This document shows positions 43,642 through 47,989 of a stretch of DNA of 47,989 bases, one piece after another. The stretch lies in assembly GCA_029856425.1 (NCBI GenBank), contig JAHQWZ010000001.1, positions 1-47,989 of the forward strand, in the 5' to 3' direction. How positions within the stretch are numbered: position 1 is the stretch's first letter; the number at the start of each line of letters is the position of its first letter. The stretch comes from Candidatus Thorarchaeota archaeon (GTDB lineage: Archaea > Asgardarchaeota > Thorarchaeia > Thorarchaeales > Thorarchaeaceae). The notes under the pieces were generated by a model that did not search any database, was not told where the DNA came from, and saw only the letters and a list, made by a program, of their open reading frames with translations. Position numbers and translations under genes: made by a program.

Positions 43642-43842
43642 ATGAGTGACATAGACCCACACTCCTTCAAAACCCTCTCAGAAACAAAGACAGAGGATGG
43701 TGACACCTTGATTAGGTGGAATGTGGTGGAATTTGTCACAACCGAGCTTACAGTAGGTGCGCCTCATAGGTTCGAGCGAAAAGGAATTCTTATCCTCAGG
43801 AATGATGGAAGTAATGAACTATTTTATTGGCTATCTGCGTAG
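43642..43842 (+). CDS. hypothetical small protein
   Basis: ORF only. Possibly coupled to 43533..43637. Confidence 0.35.
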   Translation: MSDIDPHSFKTLSETKTEDGDTLIRWNVVEFVTTELTVGAPHRFERKGILILRNDGSNELFYWLSA

Positions 43843-43845
43843 TCG

Positions 43846-44349
43846 CTAGACCATTGCAATTCTATATGGGACATAGTCTGTCATCTGCACTTCTTTGCCA
43901 AGTAGTCGTAGCCCCATAGCAATCTGACCTCGATGATAGGCTGCATGATTGACAAGGTGGAAGAAGATCTCTTCGAAGCCTATTGTGATGTCTTTGCCTT
44001 TGCTATCAAATGTAATCTCGTTTGCTAGTCGGTCTTCAATCATGTCGATGAACTTGTGCATGTAATCAGTTAAGAACCCAAAGAGTGCCTCTCTCTCCAT
44101 TCCCTCGAAATTCGGTTTGTTTTGCGGATCCTTGTCAATCCAGTCGTAATACCACTCCCAGGTGTCCTGTGCAAGATGGATATACCGCTTCTTGATGCTG
44201 CCACCCCTTTCTCCAAGAGGTCTATCGAATTCCTCTTTACTCAGCCTTTGTACTAACTCCCAAATCGTTTTGTCAGCCCAGACAAGATACTGACCCATTC
44301 TCTGTAGAAGATTCATGCCACACATCCCGTGATTCATCCAAATAAACAT
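43846..44349 (-). CDS. DinB-family four-helix-bundle protein
   Basis: YLVWADKTIWELV...YIHLAQDTWEWY...FFHLVNHAAYHRGQIAMGLRLLG. The exact start is uncertain. Confidence 0.75.
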   Translation of the reverse strand: MFIWMNHGMCGMNLLQRMGQYLVWADKTIWELVQRLSKEEFDRPLGERGGSIKKRYIHLAQDTWEWYYDWIDKDPQNKPNFEGMEREALFGFLTDYMHKFIDMIEDRLANEITFDSKGKDITIGFEEIFFHLVNHAAYHRGQIAMGLRLLGKEVQMTDYVPYRIAMV

Positions 44350-44542
44350 CTAGTCAATCATACCAGAAATTCATCGTCAGCATTCTGAATCATATTACTC
44401 CTGAATTAATAATATGCCATGTATCGAACACATTTGTACAGCAAATAGCACACAGGACCTGCCGGGTGTGCTTTCTTTCGAACACTCATCCGCGCCCCCT
44501 TCCGATAGATTAAGTTGGGCATCCACCTATCTTTTGGAAGCC

Positions 44543-45583
44543 ATGACACTCACTTCGAAACAAAAGGAACGATACTCTCGAATGCTTGCCCTCCACGACA
44601 TTTCAGAATCACATATGGAGTCTATAGCTTCGTCAACTGTATCTGTTGTGGGTGCGGGAGGGCTTGGAAGCCCAGCACTTCGCCTTCTGACAGCCATAGG
44701 ATTTGGGACTATACGAATAATCGATCGGGATATTGTTGAGTTATCCAACATTCAAAGACAGACCGTGTACAACACAGTCGACATTGGCATGCCAAAAGCT
44801 GAGGCTGCAGCTGCCAATCTTGCATTACTAAATCCCGATGTCGATTTCCAGCCGATCAGTGCGTCAATTGCGGAGGATAATGCAGCAACGCTCCTAAAGG
44901 GATCTGATATCATTATTGATGGCTTGGATTCTTTCAATACTAGATTCGTTGTGAATCGGGTGAGTGTAGAATTAAAGATTCCATACGTCTTCGCCGGAGC
45001 GATTGAGTATCACAGCAATCTGAGCACTTTCATTCCCGGCAAGACCGGCTGCCTTCACTGCCTTGCTGGGGACGCTCAGGATAATTCTGACTATACCTGT
45101 GCCAATGTGGGCGTTTCCACGGAACTCTTGTCAATAGTCGCATCTGTGGAGGTTAGAGAATCAGTTCTTCTTGCTACAGGACAATCACCCCGTCTCGCTA
45201 ATCGTCTCATGGTAGTCGATATCGCTTCCCTAAGCTTTGATTTCTTTGACATTGGACGCGATGATAATTGTCCTGTCTGTTCAATTCATGCGACTCCCCC
45301 ATCAGTCGAGCAGTCTGAAGTGCCGAGGGTGACCACCTTATGTTCTGGCACCTTCAACTTGACTCCTGGATCTCCAGTTGAGATTGATATGAACTTGATT
45401 GCAGAACGTCTTGCCAGTTCATATGAAGTGAAGCAGGCAAAGAGGTGGCTCAAGCTTCGCTCGTCATCAGGGATTGAGGTGACCATCATGCCACAAGCCA
45501 ATGCAATAATCAAGGGAGTCAAGTCAGAAAAAGAAGCGCTCGAGATCTATGAAACGATTCTGAGGGCAGAATCTAGCTACTGA
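44543..45583 (+). CDS. ThiF/MoeB/HesA-family E1-like adenylyltransferase with a roughly 95-aa C-terminal extension
   Basis: YSRMLAL...VSVVGAGGLGSPALRLLTAIGFGTIRIIDRDIVELSNIQRQ, Zn motifs CLHC and CPVC. Start chosen at the ATG at 44543 (MTLTSKQKERY). Confidence 0.8.
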   Translation: MTLTSKQKERYSRMLALHDISESHMESIASSTVSVVGAGGLGSPALRLLTAIGFGTIRIIDRDIVELSNIQRQTVYNTVDIGMPKAEAAAANLALLNPDVDFQPISASIAEDNAATLLKGSDIIIDGLDSFNTRFVVNRVSVELKIPYVFAGAIEYHSNLSTFIPGKTGCLHCLAGDAQDNSDYTCANVGVSTELLSIVASVEVRESVLLATGQSPRLANRLMVVDIASLSFDFFDIGRDDNCPVCSIHATPPSVEQSEVPRVTTLCSGTFNLTPGSPVEIDMNLIAERLASSYEVKQAKRWLKLRSSSGIEVTIMPQANAIIKGVKSEKEALEIYETILRAESSY

Positions 45584-45676
45584 AATCTAAGGCAATCCAC
45601 CAACGCAGAACAGCATCCCTACTGTATATTAGGCGGATGCACCTTATGAGAAGACTCTCAGGGATGTTGGATTCCA

Positions 45677-47632
45677 ATGGACGAAACCTTTGAGTTCGGT
45701 GGCGAAATAGTCTGGCGTCCCCCATCTGATTATGTGGAGAACGCGCGTTTGACCAAGTTCATGCGGCAGCATGGAATTGGCGATTTTGATGAACTGATGA
45801 AACGTTCAACGGAAGATATTGCCTGGTTTACCGACGCGGTTTTCAAGCACCTCGACATCCAATTTCAAACGGAATATGATACGGTTGTAGACTTATCGCG
45901 TGGAATTGCGTGGCCGCAGTGGTGCATTGGAGGAAGGATGAACATTATCCACAACTGTATTGACAAGTACATTGGCACTCCAGTGGAATCACAAAACGCT
46001 TTGATCTGGGAGGGTGAGGAAGGCGAAACTCGGTCAATGAGCTACGGAGAACTCTACCTGGAGGTCAACAAGGCCGCAAATGCATTGAGGTCTCTTGGCC
46101 TTGGAAAAGGTGATTCGATTGGCCTTTTCATGCCAATGGTGCCTGAGATTGCCGTTGCATTTCTGGCAATTGTAAAGATTGGAGGAATAATTCTCCCACT
46201 GTTCTCGGGATTTGGCGAGAGTGCAATTGTGGACAGATTAGCAGATGCAGATGCGAGAGCTTTGTTCACAGTTGATGGAGCTTCTCGAAGAGGCAAAATT
46301 ATCCCCATGAAGCCGGTTGCAGATAAGGCTGCGGAGAGAATTCCCACCTTGAAGCATATGATTGTACTTAACCGAGCCAATATTCCGGTGGCTATGGAGG
46401 AAGGGCGTGATCATTGGTGGACAGAACTTGTATCAGCACAACCAGAATCTGCTTCAACTGAGCTTACTGACGCTGAAGATCCCCTGATGATTATCTACAC
46501 ATCTGGGACCACTGGTCTTGCGAAGGGTGCAGTCCACACTCACTGCGGATTTCCGGTAAAAGCCGCTCAGGACATGGCTTTTGGTACTGATCTTCATCCA
46601 GACCAAATCATATACTGGATGACTGATATGGGCTGGATGATGGGACCTTGGCTTGTCTTCGGGTCATTGATTCTTGGAGCAACATTCTTCCTATTTGATG
46701 GCGCTCCAGACTTCCCCGGACCTGGCCGCCTCTGGGAAATAGTTGCTCGGCACAAAATCTCTGTGCTTGGTGTTTCTCCAACACTCATCAGGCTCTTAAT
46801 GACTCACGGAGAGAAACCTGTTCAGAAACACGACCTCTCTGCACTGCGTTTCTTTGGCTCCACTGGTGAGCCTTGGAATCCTGTTCCTTGGATGTGGCTA
46901 TTTGAAAAGGTCGGAGAAAAAAGAATACCAATCATAAACTACTCCGGCGGCACAGAGGTGTCTGGAGGGATAGTCATGGGTAATCCACTCCTACCTCTCA
47001 AGGCATGTGCATTTTCAGGTCCCTGCCCTGGGATTGCTGCCGATGTATTTGATGAGGACGGTCAGCCAGTCAGAAATCAAGTTGGAGAGCTTGTCATTAA
47101 GGCCCCTTGGATCGGCATGACACGTGGCTTTTGGAAGGACCCCAAACGTTACGAAGATACGTACTGGTCGCGTTGGCCTAATGTATGGGTGCATGGAGAT
47201 TTCGCCGCCATTGATGCTGATGGCTTGTGGTATATTCTGGGAAGGTCAGACGACATAATCAAGATAGCAGGGAAGCGCTTTGGTCCAGCTGAGGCAGAAT
47301 CAATCATTGTAGCTCATCCTGCAGTGACAGAGGCTGCAGCAATTGGGGTTCCTCACAAGATTAAGCTGAACGAACTTGTAGTCTTCTGTGTTCTGATGCC
47401 AGGGACTGAACCTTCTGATGCGCTGCGTAAGGAGTTGAGGCTAATGGTTGCTGAAGCTATGGGCAAGCCGCTTACTCCCAAAGAAGTTCTCTTCGTCAGT
47501 GACCTGCCAAAGACTCGCAACGCAAAGGTGATGAGACGCATGATACGCGCTGCATACTTGGGAGAGGACCCTGGTGACATGGCCTCATTAGTTAATCCTG
47601 AAGCGGTCGAAGAGATTCGTAGAGCCAAATGA
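45677..47632 (+). CDS. acs: AMP-forming acetyl/acyl-CoA synthetase
   Basis: YTSGTTGLAKG AMP-binding motif, WMTDMGWMMG, YSGGTE, GRSDDIIKIAGKR, and a C-terminal catalytic Lys region PKTRNAKVMRR. 651 aa. Confidence 0.85.
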   Translation: MDETFEFGGEIVWRPPSDYVENARLTKFMRQHGIGDFDELMKRSTEDIAWFTDAVFKHLDIQFQTEYDTVVDLSRGIAWPQWCIGGRMNIIHNCIDKYIGTPVESQNALIWEGEEGETRSMSYGELYLEVNKAANALRSLGLGKGDSIGLFMPMVPEIAVAFLAIVKIGGIILPLFSGFGESAIVDRLADADARALFTVDGASRRGKIIPMKPVADKAAERIPTLKHMIVLNRANIPVAMEEGRDHWWTELVSAQPESASTELTDAEDPLMIIYTSGTTGLAKGAVHTHCGFPVKAAQDMAFGTDLHPDQIIYWMTDMGWMMGPWLVFGSLILGATFFLFDGAPDFPGPGRLWEIVARHKISVLGVSPTLIRLLMTHGEKPVQKHDLSALRFFGSTGEPWNPVPWMWLFEKVGEKRIPIINYSGGTEVSGGIVMGNPLLPLKACAFSGPCPGIAADVFDEDGQPVRNQVGELVIKAPWIGMTRGFWKDPKRYEDTYWSRWPNVWVHGDFAAIDADGLWYILGRSDDIIKIAGKRFGPAEAESIIVAHPAVTEAAAIGVPHKIKLNELVVFCVLMPGTEPSDALRKELRLMVAEAMGKPLTPKEVLFVSDLPKTRNAKVMRRMIRAAYLGEDPGDMASLVNPEAVEEIRRAK

Positions 47633-47694
47633 TATGCCTATGGCGAGGATTTACTAGTATCCTTGTTGAATGTCGAACACATAGAGGGAGATAG

Positions 47695-47989
47695 TTGGCA
47701 ATAGATCAGGAAAAAGTTAGAAAGAAGGCTAGAATCAAGGAGATAGCAACCAGTTCAGCCATGCCAAGGGTATTACGGATTGAGAGCGAATACCTTCCTC
47801 CATCGACCTACATTATCGAGTCCCTCGATGCGCTGCAGATTCTACTCAAACCATGGATAGTGGGTTCTAGATTAACCAAGTTTGCTCGAAATAGTAGCGT
47901 AGACTTCATTCGAGCAGCATTCGATCTTGCACCAGAGCTACGAGAGGCTTCATTGAGTTCTGTTACCGAAGTCGTACCTCTGGCAGGTG
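47695..47989 (+). CDS. hypothetical protein, 3'-truncated by window edge
   Basis: The frame is open from TTG 47695 (in-frame ATG at 47761) to the end of the window. No motif recognised. Confidence 0.3.
   Translation, partial: MAIDQEKVRKKARIKEIATSSAMPRVLRIESEYLPPSTYIIESLDALQILLKPWIVGSRLTKFARNSSVDFIRAAFDLAPELREASLSSVTEVVPLAG

Noticed and set aside
1-47989. Searched by eye for CRISPR arrays, tRNA/rRNA genes (for example GGTTCGAATCC-type T-arms), transposases, integrases and long terminal or direct repeats.
   Set aside because: None found. The only repeated elements are short operator-like palindromes. A tRNAscan, Infernal or CRISPR-finder run would be needed to be certain.

Overview
This is a 47,989-bp, gene-dense window with about 60 CDS on both strands. 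I found no rRNA, tRNA, CRISPR array, transposase or integrase by eye.

Likely origin (inference only): the content points to an archaeon, most plausibly an Asgard-type lineage. The evidence is ACR3/ArsR, CorA, a large HdrABC/MvhD-type Fe-S cluster, A/T-rich TATA-like boxes together with GGAGGTGA-type Shine-Dalgarno sites, a Rab-like small GTPase, a PARP-type zinc finger and an E1-like enzyme.

Ordinary content:
- ABC-2 exporter
- acr3-arsR
- ferritin-like protein
- two MFS transporters
- CorA
- Ca2+/cation antiporter
- Mrp/NBP35
- SDR
- TsaA/TrmO
- DUF2461
- DinB
- AMP-forming acetyl/acyl-CoA synthetase

Observations most worth a second look:
1. A minus-strand module at 13.4-15.6 kb. An archaeal protein carrying a PARP-type zinc finger and its finger-less paralogue flank hsp20. 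The module lies next to a ribbon-helix-helix gene, and both upstream regions share palindromic operators.
2. A perfectly conserved palindrome T[TA]ATGAAT-N4-ATTCAT[TA]A, present three times and only in intergenic DNA. Two copies lie upstream of a stand-alone RAM-domain gene and one upstream of mrp. A near copy sits at the head of the hdr cluster.
3. A Rab-like GTPase with a roughly 190-aa linker plus coiled-coil tail.
4. Two adjacent SD-preceded micro-ORFs, below the ORF-track cutoff, that encode a hyper-acidic Trp-rich peptide and a poly-Lys peptide.
5. An in-frame TAG at a conserved Trp position of a ClbS/DUF1706 gene.
6. A 9-kb hdrCB-hdrA-like-mvhD-hdrA-hdrCB cluster with no hydrogenase.

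All functional calls come from motif recognition by eye; no database search was run.
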